Shown in pieces: positions 56,486 to 64,000 of a DNA stretch of 64,000 nucleotides. This stretch comes from an uncultured Actinomycetes bacterium (lineage in GTDB: Bacteria > Actinomycetota > Thermoleophilia > RBG-16-64-13). Position 1 is the stretch's first letter. The number at the start of each line of letters is the position of its first letter. A program made the position numbers and the translations under genes. The notes beneath the pieces are model-generated. The model ran no database searches. It saw only the letters and a program-made list of their open reading frames with translations, and was not told where the DNA came from. Where the stretch lies: NCBI GenBank assembly GCA_963706025.1, contig CAVPLM010000005.1, forward strand, positions 1 to 64,000, written 5' to 3'.

Positions 56486-57726
56486 TGGTCGAGGCTTCGG
56501 CCGGCGGGAGCACCCTCGGGGACAGCGGGACGGACCGGGCCCTTCGCCTCGCCGTCCCCGCAGGCTCGGCTGATATCGTGGGGGCCGTCCTTATGGATCT
56601 TCTGGGTCCCTTCGAGCAGGAGGAGCCCGCCGAAAACGACTCAGACGGGACGGTCGTCCTGGTCTTCTATCCAGGCTCCGACGCGGCGATGACGCTCGAT
56701 GACGTGTTGGCGGCCTTGCCTGCTGAGATCCGCGAACGCGATTCGGGCCTGTTCCGGATCGAGGTAAGGGAGGTGTCTCGGGAGTGGGTCGAAGGCTGGA
56801 GGGCCCACTTCCATCCCGTTGTCGTCGGGGCGGTGCGCATCCGGCCCCCGTGGGAGCCGGCTCTGTGTGGTGGCGTTCGGTCGGCCGGCGGTATGGGGCA
56901 GAGCGGGGGGACAGGGCCGGGCCCCGGCTTGGAGCCTAGTTCCGGCCTCGTGGAAGTGGTCATCAATCCCGGACTCGGCTTCGGCACCGGTCTGCATCCG
57001 ACCACGAGGGGGGCTCTGCTGCTGCTCCAAGAAGCGCCGGGGGATACGACTCCGCAGCCGGGCGGGCGGGGCACACACCGGCTCCGAGGACCGCTGGTGG
57101 ACGCCGGGACAGGGTCCGGGGTCCTTGCCATCGCGGCTGCAAAGATGGGCTGGGCGCCGGTTCTTGCCTTCGAAAACGATCCCGTGGCCTTGGTCTCGGC
57201 CCGCGAGAACATCCAGGTGAACGGGGTTCAGGACGGCGTGGAGGTGCGTGAGATCGATGTGGCCGAGGCTCCCCTCGACCGGCTCGATGGGGCCACCGTG
57301 CTTGCGAACATGACCCTGGAACCGGTCTCTTGCCTGCTCCGGCGGCTGGGCGAAGGGCGAAACGTTCCCGAGGACGGCTCCGGCGGGGTCGCGGTAGGGG
57401 GCACAGCCGGTGTCCCCGCCCCGGGGCCCGTCGCGGCCGCGACGATCCCGGCGGCGGGCCGGCCCAGCCGCCTGGTGGTCTCGGGCATACTCGCGGGTGC
57501 GCAGGAGCGGGAGCTCCTGCGCACCGCTCGAAAATGCGGCTTCATCGCCCGGCGGCGGATCTACGAGGACGAGTGGGTAAGCCTGGAGCTTCTCCCGGCG
57601 CCGGCCCGCGGAGGCGTCCTGGCCCTGGCTGATGGCGCCGCCTCGATGTCGGCCGGCAGGGGCGGGTCGACGTCGGCCGGCGGGGGCCTCTCGGCTCCGG
57701 ACTCGGCCCCGGGGGACGGAGGCTAG
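56485..57726 (+). CDS. prmA: Ribosomal protein L11 methyltransferase
   Basis: PGLGFGTGLHPTT and DAGTGSGVLAI motifs; follows dnaJ. Confidence 0.9.
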   Translation: MVEASAGGSTLGDSGTDRALRLAVPAGSADIVGAVLMDLLGPFEQEEPAENDSDGTVVLVFYPGSDAAMTLDDVLAALPAEIRERDSGLFRIEVREVSREWVEGWRAHFHPVVVGAVRIRPPWEPALCGGVRSAGGMGQSGGTGPGPGLEPSSGLVEVVINPGLGFGTGLHPTTRGALLLLQEAPGDTTPQPGGRGTHRLRGPLVDAGTGSGVLAIAAAKMGWAPVLAFENDPVALVSARENIQVNGVQDGVEVREIDVAEAPLDRLDGATVLANMTLEPVSCLLRRLGEGRNVPEDGSGGVAVGGTAGVPAPGPVAAATIPAAGRPSRLVVSGILAGAQERELLRTARKCGFIARRRIYEDEWVSLELLPAPARGGVLALADGAASMSAGRGGSTSAGGGLSAPDSAPGDGG

Positions 57727-57731
57727 GCCCG

Positions 57732-59711
57732 TTGGCCCGCCACACGCCAGGTCGCGGCCGGTCCGACCGGCGCCGGGCCACATTGGTGCGGGCCGGCCTG
57801 ATCCCGCCCGGCGATCCCACCGGGCGCTCGGCCAATATCGCCGGGGTGGTAGTGCGCCGGGGCAAGAGCCTGGAGGTGGAACCCCTGTTCCAGCCCGGTC
57901 CGGCGCTGCCTTTGGAGCGAGGCTCCGTCAAACCTCAGCCCGGCGATCTGGTGCTGTTCACCTTCTCCTACGGGTTCAAGGCCCAGATCGTCCGTTCCCT
58001 GGGCAAGAGTCATGTGCTTGGCGACGTGTTGGAAGCTCTGCTGGTCGATAGCCTGGTGCAGCGGGGTTTCGGCCCCAAGGTGTTGGCGGAGGCGGCCGAA
58101 GCGGCCGAGCTCCATGCGCGACACGACTCCTACCGCGGCGATCTCCGCGATCTCTACACGTTCACCGTCGATCCGGTTATGGCTCAGGATTTCGACGATG
58201 CTCTTTCATTCGAACGAACCCCCGATGGGACCACCACCGTGTACGTCCACATCGCCGACGTTTCGTACTTCGTGCGCGAGGAGACGGCGCTGGACCGAGA
58301 GGCGCTACGGCGGGGGAACTCGGTGTATGTAGCCACGGGGGTGGAACCCATGCTGCCGCCGCAGTTGTCGTCGGGAGTCTGCTCGCTGCGGCCGGAAGAA
58401 AGCCGCAAGGCCGTGACCGTGGAGATGGAGGTGGACGACCAGGGTGGTGTGCTGCAGACCCGCTTCTATCGATCGCTCATCCGCAGCGACCGGCGGTTGG
58501 ACTACGAGCAGCTGGAACGCATGTTCAGGGGGTCCGAACCGCTGGACGAGGACCTGGCGCGGCCTCTCGAATGGGGGAGGGCGCTGGCCCGGACGTTACG
58601 AGAGATCAGGCACGAGCGAGGCAGCCTGCGCATCGAGTCGGTTGAGCCGGAATTCGAGTGGGACGAGCACGGGCAGGTGATCGCCGCCGATCCGAGTGAA
58701 GAGCTGGAGAGCCACTGGTTCATCGAGGTCTTCATGGTGCTGGCCAACGAACAGGTGGCGTCTTTTCTCGAAAGGGAGCACGTCCCTACCGTCTATCGGG
58801 TGCACGACCTGCCCGACCCCTTCCACGTTGATCACCTGCTCGACGTCCTGTCGAGCCTGGGGCTGCCCACCCCAGTCTTCGACCCGATGGCGGCCACGCC
58901 GCAGGAGATCCGTCGCGTCACTCGAGAGACCGCGGACTGGGTCGATCGCTACACGCCCGCGGGCCGGGGCAAGGCCGCGCTGGTGCAGCAGGTGCTTCGC
59001 GCCCAGGCCCGGGCGGTCTATCAGATTGCCAACATCGGCCACTTCGGACTGGCCTCCCAGAGCTACTGCCACTTCACGTCGCCTATTCGCCGCTATCCCG
59101 ATCTGCTGGTGCACCGGGGGTTGTTGGCGCAACTGGGTCTGGGTCCGGCGCCCACCACCTCGGTGCTTGGCGATTGGGCCGAGCACTGCTCCCAGACCGA
59201 GCGCGAAGCCGCCAAGATCGAACTGAAGGCCGATGACATAGCGCTCAGCCATTTGTTGAGGCGACGCCTGGACGAGGAAGGTTGGCAGGAGAGCCGCTTC
59301 GAGGGTCAGGTTCTGAGCCTGACCCGGCGGGGGATGTTCGTCCTTTTCGACCGCCTGTTCCAGGGCTATCTCTCGGTGCGGGAGCTTCCCCTGGACCAAT
59401 ACGAGCTCAACGACCTGGAGACGGCGCTGGAGGGCAGACGTTCCGGCAAGGCCTACAAGATCGCCGATATCTTGCCGGTGCGCGTCGTCGCCGTGGACGA
59501 AGCCCGGGGGAGGGTCGACCTGACCTTGGCCGAGGGCGCGGACGGGGAAGACGACCGCGACTCCGGGGCCGCGCCCGGACGGACGTCCGTCCGGGCGCCC
59601 GGAGGCCGGGATGGATCGCGAGGCCGCCACGGCGGGCCTCGCAAGACCCGGTCGCCTCGGACCCGCTCGGCTCGGACGACACGTCCGCCTCAAGCCCGCG
59701 GCAAACGATAG
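57732..59711 (+). CDS. rnr: RNase R / RNB family exoribonuclease
   Basis: DPVMAQDFDDA and HFTSPIRRYPDL motifs, S1 domain, basic tail; precedes smpB. Confidence 0.92.
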   Translation: MARHTPGRGRSDRRRATLVRAGLIPPGDPTGRSANIAGVVVRRGKSLEVEPLFQPGPALPLERGSVKPQPGDLVLFTFSYGFKAQIVRSLGKSHVLGDVLEALLVDSLVQRGFGPKVLAEAAEAAELHARHDSYRGDLRDLYTFTVDPVMAQDFDDALSFERTPDGTTTVYVHIADVSYFVREETALDREALRRGNSVYVATGVEPMLPPQLSSGVCSLRPEESRKAVTVEMEVDDQGGVLQTRFYRSLIRSDRRLDYEQLERMFRGSEPLDEDLARPLEWGRALARTLREIRHERGSLRIESVEPEFEWDEHGQVIAADPSEELESHWFIEVFMVLANEQVASFLEREHVPTVYRVHDLPDPFHVDHLLDVLSSLGLPTPVFDPMAATPQEIRRVTRETADWVDRYTPAGRGKAALVQQVLRAQARAVYQIANIGHFGLASQSYCHFTSPIRRYPDLLVHRGLLAQLGLGPAPTTSVLGDWAEHCSQTEREAAKIELKADDIALSHLLRRRLDEEGWQESRFEGQVLSLTRRGMFVLFDRLFQGYLSVRELPLDQYELNDLETALEGRRSGKAYKIADILPVRVVAVDEARGRVDLTLAEGADGEDDRDSGAAPGRTSVRAPGGRDGSRGRHGGPRKTRSPRTRSARTTRPPQARGKR

Positions 59712-59912
59712 CCGGCGCGGGCGGCCGTCGGTGCCGCACCCAGCGGCTTGGCGGGCGCCGGTCGGACCCGATCGGCGCACCCGCCCGTGGGGGTCGCCTG
59801 GTCCGCGGCCGCTGCCGTGGCGCCCCGGGGTCCCTTTCGCCGCGGCAAGTCGGAAACAGGACAACCCAGGACGCGCGCCGGCCGGTTCCCCCTCGGCTAT
59901 ACTCCGTGGACT

Positions 59913-60383
59913 ATGAGACCCATCGGCATCAAGCTCATCGCGCAGAACAAGAAGGCCTACCACGACTATCACATCGAGGAGACGCTGGAGGCCGGCATCG
60001 CCCTGACCGGCACCGAGGTCAAGTCACTCCGCGCCGGTCGGGTCAACCTGCGCGACTCCTATGCCGCCGTGGAGAAGGGCGAGTTGTTCCTCGTCGGGAC
60101 CCACATCAGCCCCTACGAACAGGGGAACATCTTCAACCACGATCCTCTTCGGTCCCGTAAGCTGCTGGTCCACGCTCGGGAACTACGCCGCCTGTACGGG
60201 AAGGTGCAGGTGGCGGGCTACACCTTGGTGCCCACCAAGCTGTACTTCAAGGATGGTCGGATCAAGGTGGAGATCGGACTGGCCAAGGGCAAGACCACCT
60301 ACGACAAGCGCCAGACCTTGGCCAAGAAAGAAGCCCAGCGCGACATGGAGAGGGCTTTCCGCTCGCGCGATCGCGAGGAATAG
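59913..60383 (+). CDS. smpB: SsrA-binding protein
   Basis: [20 protein letters not shown] and KGK..YDKR motifs. Confidence 0.97.
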   Translation: MRPIGIKLIAQNKKAYHDYHIEETLEAGIALTGTEVKSLRAGRVNLRDSYAAVEKGELFLVGTHISPYEQGNIFNHDPLRSRKLLVHARELRRLYGKVQVAGYTLVPTKLYFKDGRIKVEIGLAKGKTTYDKRQTLAKKEAQRDMERAFRSRDREE

Positions 60384-60417
60384 CGGGCGCGGGACTCAGC
60401 GTCTTTGCCGCAAAGAC

Positions 60418-60687
60418 TCACAGAGGGCGGTAGACATCCGCTCGATGCCAGGTCCGCACGACCAGCACGAGTTTCGCGTCGTCGTTCACGGCATACACCA
60501 CGCGGTATGCGCCTCGACGGGCCGACCAGTATCCGGAGAGTTGCCGGCTCAGGGGTTTGCCGACCCGCCTCGGTTGCTCGACAAGGGCGCCGGTGATGAA
60601 CTCAACTACCGCCGCCGCGACCGGGCCGGGAATACGTTCGAGGGACCGGGCGGCACTGGCCGAGACCCGGAGTTCGAACGGGCTCAA
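60418..60687 (-). CDS. RelE-family toxin
   Basis: P.RVGKPL, SARRGAYRVVY and HRADVY motifs. Confidence 0.9.
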   Translation of the reverse strand: MSPFELRVSASAARSLERIPGPVAAAVVEFITGALVEQPRRVGKPLSRQLSGYWSARRGAYRVVYAVNDDAKLVLVVRTWHRADVYRPL

Positions 60688-60956
60688 CGCGCCAAGAAAC
60701 GCGCGCGTAGCTCAGCGGACGTAAGATAGGCGCCGGTTTCCAACTCCTGCCTCGCTGTCTGGATCTCCTGGAGAGCGTTGGGGCTGGAGAGCAGATCGAG
60801 GGTCTCCTCGAGAGTCTCCAGGTCGTCCGGGCTCATGATGATCGCCGCCGCTCGGCCATTCCGCGTAAGGATCACCCGATCGTGCTCGGCTTCGACCTGG
60901 TCGATGATCTCCGAGAGATGAGCTTTGACTCTCGCCAAAGGTACTGTTCTGTCCAT
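60684..60956 (-). CDS. Phd/YefM antitoxin
   Basis: KAHLSE..ILTRNGRAAA..LEETL. Confidence 0.9.
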   Translation of the reverse strand: MDRTVPLARVKAHLSEIIDQVEAEHDRVILTRNGRAAAIIMSPDDLETLEETLDLLSSPNALQEIQTARQELETGAYLTSAELRARFLAR

Positions 60957-60974
60957 GACCATAATTATAGTCAT
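60955..60974 (-). promoter_or_regulatory. Leaderless promoter (-10 TATAAT) inside a palindromic operator
   Basis: ATGACCATAATTATAGTCAT (one mismatch); minus-strand TATAAT lies 7 nt before ATG 60956. Confidence 0.65.
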
Positions 60975-61204
60975 ATTCTCCCCGAGGGTCCAGTCGACGG
61001 AATCCGGCCCGTTTGGCCTGGGGAGAGCCTAGCCCGGGGCCTCGAGGTAGGCCGTACAACCAAGGGCTGAGTCTGGCGCGTTGGTGCCACTGTAGGCCGA
61101 GGGCGTGGGGCCCAGGGGCTCTCGCAAGGTCGTCCGGACCGGGGTGCTGTATACTTGCATAGCTCAGATGGCGCGGTTTCAGGGACCGGGCGTCTGGGCC
61201 TCGT

Positions 61205-61568
61205 GGGGGCGACATGGTTTCGACGGGGCTCATGTCTGAGTTTGGGTAGCGAGCCGAGATCCCGGCCGTTCTCGTTAAACAGGCTGGAAAACAACAATTG
61301 CCAAACCTGAATTGGCTCTGGCCGCTTAGTCTGACTAAGACTTAAGCGCCTGTCGCGCCTCCCGTGCCTGCCGGGGAGGGCCGCGGCATAAACCAGGCGG
61401 GCTTACTCTCGGCGAGCACCGCCGGCGTCGGGGGGACATTCAGGTGGTTGGCCGGACGCACCCAGCTCCTACGGGGGCGCGAGGCGAGAAACGTAGTAGG
61501 GGCTACGCTCGTAGAAACCTGGGCCAGACGGGTTTCGGACGGGGGTTCGATTCCCCCCGCCTCCACCA
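61205..61568 (+). ncRNA. ssrA: tmRNA, tag (A)AKPELALAA*
   Basis: GGGGGCG/CGCCTCC-ACCA acceptor stem with G3:U pair, GGTTTCGAC, T-arm GGTTCGATTCC, tag ORF 61300-61329. Confidence 0.97.
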
Positions 61569-61790
61569 TTCGGGATCGCTCGATCTCGCGACGATCGCGC
61601 TGCGGCCGCACTTGTGCGTCCCCTTGTACCCCCCGACCCGGGTGACGGCCACCCGCTTTGTGCTCATGGCATAGTCTCGTCGTGAGACAGGGGAATCGTC
61701 ATCTTTCTCGAATCTTCTCCTGTCGGAGGTCAGCCTCGGCCTAGTTTGGGCATGTCGGATTCGAATCGGCCGCCTCGGAGGGAGAATGGT

Positions 61791-62237
61791 ATGACTAGGG
61801 GCATGATCACGGCAGTGGCGGTGATCGTCGTGATAGTGCTGGCGGCTGTGGCGGGCGGACTGATCTGGGGATGTGAGAGCTGCGGCACCGACGGGACGAG
61901 TAGCAGCTCGACCAGCGCCGGCGCGGGCACGACGGTCGCAGAGGCGACCACCACCGTCCCGGAGTCGAGCACCACCACGGCTGGTGTGACCACCACCATG
62001 GCTAGTGTAACCACCACCAGCACTATCCAGTCGACGACCACGACGATCGGGCCCGTCACCTCCACGACTTCAGTGACTGCGAGCCCCGATACGTCCACCC
62101 CCGCTCCGAGCGACATCACCGCCGGTGGGGGCGGTACGGCCGGCCTTGGGGCAGGAATGTGGGCGCTCGTCGCGCTGGCGGCGGTTCTGTGTCTCGGCCT
62201 CGTAGGATCCGCTGTTCGGCTGTACCAGAAGGGTTAG
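61791..62237 (+). CDS. Thr/Ser-rich surface protein, putative sortase substrate
   Basis: N-terminal hydrophobic leader; PSDITAGGGGTAG + TM + basic tail. Confidence 0.7.
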   Translation: MTRGMITAVAVIVVIVLAAVAGGLIWGCESCGTDGTSSSSTSAGAGTTVAEATTTVPESSTTTAGVTTTMASVTTTSTIQSTTTTIGPVTSTTSVTASPDTSTPAPSDITAGGGGTAGLGAGMWALVALAAVLCLGLVGSAVRLYQKG

Positions 62238-62374
62238 CAGCGCTGGAGCCCGCGCCCACGTTGGTGGTCGGCGAGGCCGGGGCCACCGGGACATCGTCGG
62301 CGCAACAAGATCGGCTCAGGCGGATTGCCAGTGGCTCTACCCACATCACAGTGTTTCGATCTCAGAAGAATATA

Positions 62375-62403
62375 TTGCACTCTGCGTACACCAATTGTAT
62401 AAT
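62375..62403 (+). promoter_or_regulatory. Sigma70-type promoter
   Basis: TTGCAC-N17-TATAAT. Confidence 0.75.
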
Positions 62404-62454
62404 CGCGATGAGCAGTCTCGCCGGATCTGTGGTGGAAGCAGCAGACGAAGCGAG

Positions 62455-62551
62455 ATCGGGGTGCAGTGACCTCATAGGACCAGCATCGGTTGCCCGGGAG
62501 TGCGGCGCACTCCAGTCCTCTGAGAGAGCGAGTGGTGAGACCGACCCGGAT
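62455..62551 (+). ncRNA. Candidate c-di-GMP-II (or variant) riboswitch
   Basis: 3' signature GAGC-GAGTGGTGAGACCGACC, kink-turn GC-AGT-GA/GA-GC, P3 CTCATAGGAC/GTCCTCTGAG, pseudoknot TCGG-TTGCC/GGTGA-GA-CCGA. Confidence 0.6.
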
Positions 62552-62606
62552 GCCCGGCAAGATGGCCGGGCGACCACGACGGAACGCTCTCTAGGAGGGG
62601 TGACTG

Positions 62607-63293
62607 GTGAGAACCGTTGGACCACGAGTTCGGAATCACCCGACTCTCGCGTTACTGGTGCTAGTTCTAGGCTTGATCCTGGCGCTCTCCTTTGCGACCT
62701 CGGCCATGGCCGAGGAACCACCGAGCAATGGTCAGGCCCTTGCCGCTCCTACGGCCGGCGTTCCCTGGCTGGGCAATGGCAGCGAGAACAACTGCGAATT
62801 CGGCGGAACCCTCCACTGGATCTTGACGCCGGGGGGAACTGCAACCATTCTCTCCGGAACTCTGCACGTGGAGTTTGCAGGCGGGCCCCCGAGGAGTTTC
62901 CCGGGCTATTTCCCGTCGGGTCAGGGGAACGGAGCGATGCATTTCGACAGCGTCGGCTCGACGCAGGTCGTAAGTGCATCCGCAACCTTCGATTACGAAG
63001 GGACGCCCAAGGACCAACTCCTGACCATCAGCCATTCGACGAGCAATACCACGAGTACCAGCGCCACAAGCACGACTCAAGGTGGCGAGACCACGTTGCC
63101 CTCGAGCGAATCCACCACGACGTCGACTACCTCGTATCCCCTGACGTCGACCCCTACCCCGAGCAATATCCAGACCGGCGGCGGCGGCACGGCCGGCCCG
63201 GGAGCGGGTGTATGGTCGCTGGCTGCCTTGACCGCGGTTCTGGGTATCGGGCTCTTTGCTTCCGCGCTATGGGCCCGTCACAAGGTGAGATAG
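62607..63293 (+). CDS. Secreted beta-rich protein with Thr-rich stalk, putative sortase substrate
   Basis: Signal peptide ending SAMA; PSNIQTGGGGTAG + TM + basic tail. Confidence 0.75.
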   Translation: MRTVGPRVRNHPTLALLVLVLGLILALSFATSAMAEEPPSNGQALAAPTAGVPWLGNGSENNCEFGGTLHWILTPGGTATILSGTLHVEFAGGPPRSFPGYFPSGQGNGAMHFDSVGSTQVVSASATFDYEGTPKDQLLTISHSTSNTTSTSATSTTQGGETTLPSSESTTTSTTSYPLTSTPTPSNIQTGGGGTAGPGAGVWSLAALTAVLGIGLFASALWARHKVR

Positions 63294-63315
63294 CGAGTCC
63301 GGCCGGCGGCCCCGG

Positions 63316-64000
63316 ATGAGAAGACGCGAATACATGCGGGCCCAGAGGCGTCGCAAGCGCAGAAGACGCGCGCTTGCGACGCTCCTCCTGGTTTCGGCGT
63401 TAGTGGTCGGAGGGGCGACTACCACCATGGTTATCCGGGAGTCGCAGGCCTCGGGAGCGTTGCCCTCCGGCCCCTCGGCAGTTGCCTCGTCCGTCCAAGC
63501 GACGACTACTACTTCCACCGTCCCACCTTCGTCCACCACGACTGCCGGCTTCGCCGCCGTCTCGACGACATCGACCACGCCCTCGACCACTTCCACGACC
63601 CTCTATGTTCACGCGATCCCGGATCCGGTTCGGATCGTCATCCCGGCGATCGATGTGGATGCGGAACTCATCCATGTCGGCCTGCGCGAGAACGGGGACA
63701 TGGAAGTGCCGCCCTTCGGTCTTGCCGCTTGGTACAAGCTGGGACCGGCACCCGGAGCCGGCGGTCCGGCTGTGATCGTGGCCCACGTGGACACCAAGAA
63801 GGGTCCGGACGTCTTCTATGACCTGAAGAATCTGGAACCGGGTGATCAGATCCTGGTCTACGGTGACAACGGCGCCCCGGCCTCCTTCGTCGTGGACTCC
63901 AAGGAGCAGCAACTCAAGAGCGAGTTGCCCACGGACCGCATCTGGAACGACACCTGGGAGCCGGTCATCAGGCTCATCACGTGCGGGGGGGACTTCGACC
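63316..64000 (+). CDS. Class F sortase (runs off the window end)
   Basis: Own translation: PVRIVIPAIDVDA, AAWY..GPAPG, VAHVD and LITCGG motifs. Confidence 0.9.
   Translation, partial: MRRREYMRAQRRRKRRRRALATLLLVSALVVGGATTTMVIRESQASGALPSGPSAVASSVQATTTTSTVPPSSTTTAGFAAVSTTSTTPSTTSTTLYVHAIPDPVRIVIPAIDVDAELIHVGLRENGDMEVPPFGLAAWYKLGPAPGAGGPAVIVAHVDTKKGPDVFYDLKNLEPGDQILVYGDNGAPASFVVDSKEQQLKSELPTDRIWNDTWEPVIRLITCGGDFD

Noticed and set aside
61569-61790. Prophage or island integrated at the ssrA 3' end
   Set aside because: No integrase and no duplicated ssrA 3' end within the window.
62410-62600. raiA motif or a simple terminator in the leader
   Set aside because: Lacks raiA conserved segments as I recall them and has no U-tract; a class II c-di-GMP-like fold fits better.

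Overview
High-GC bacterial chromosome segment, most consistent with an anaerobic or deep-branching Actinomycetota lineage (inferred from futalosine genes, class F sortase, rubrerythrin and many apparently leaderless genes). Housekeeping blocks: TRAP transporter, leuS, acs, pdhAB-2x nitroreductase-pdhC-mqnB-mqnD, comEA-comEC-holA-rpsT-murJ, and lepA-hemW-hrcA-dnaJ-prmA-rnr-smpB-ssrA. Single-base frameshifts in many essential genes point to long-read consensus errors. The main accessory feature is a ~12 kb block between murJ and lepA (~38.4-50.8 kb) that looks like a decaying integron. It has a 31-aa IntI C-terminal remnant pointing into the array, about 11 intact or partial attC-like sites, cassette-type genes, toxin-antitoxin pairs and many gene fragments. 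Inside it are a MerB-like lyase with an in-frame UGA at a catalytic Cys position plus a SECIS-like hairpin (candidate selenoprotein), and a 186-bp perfect inverted repeat. At the right end, a c-di-GMP-II-like riboswitch candidate precedes a sortase substrate and a class F sortase. All calls are by eye; no database searches were run.
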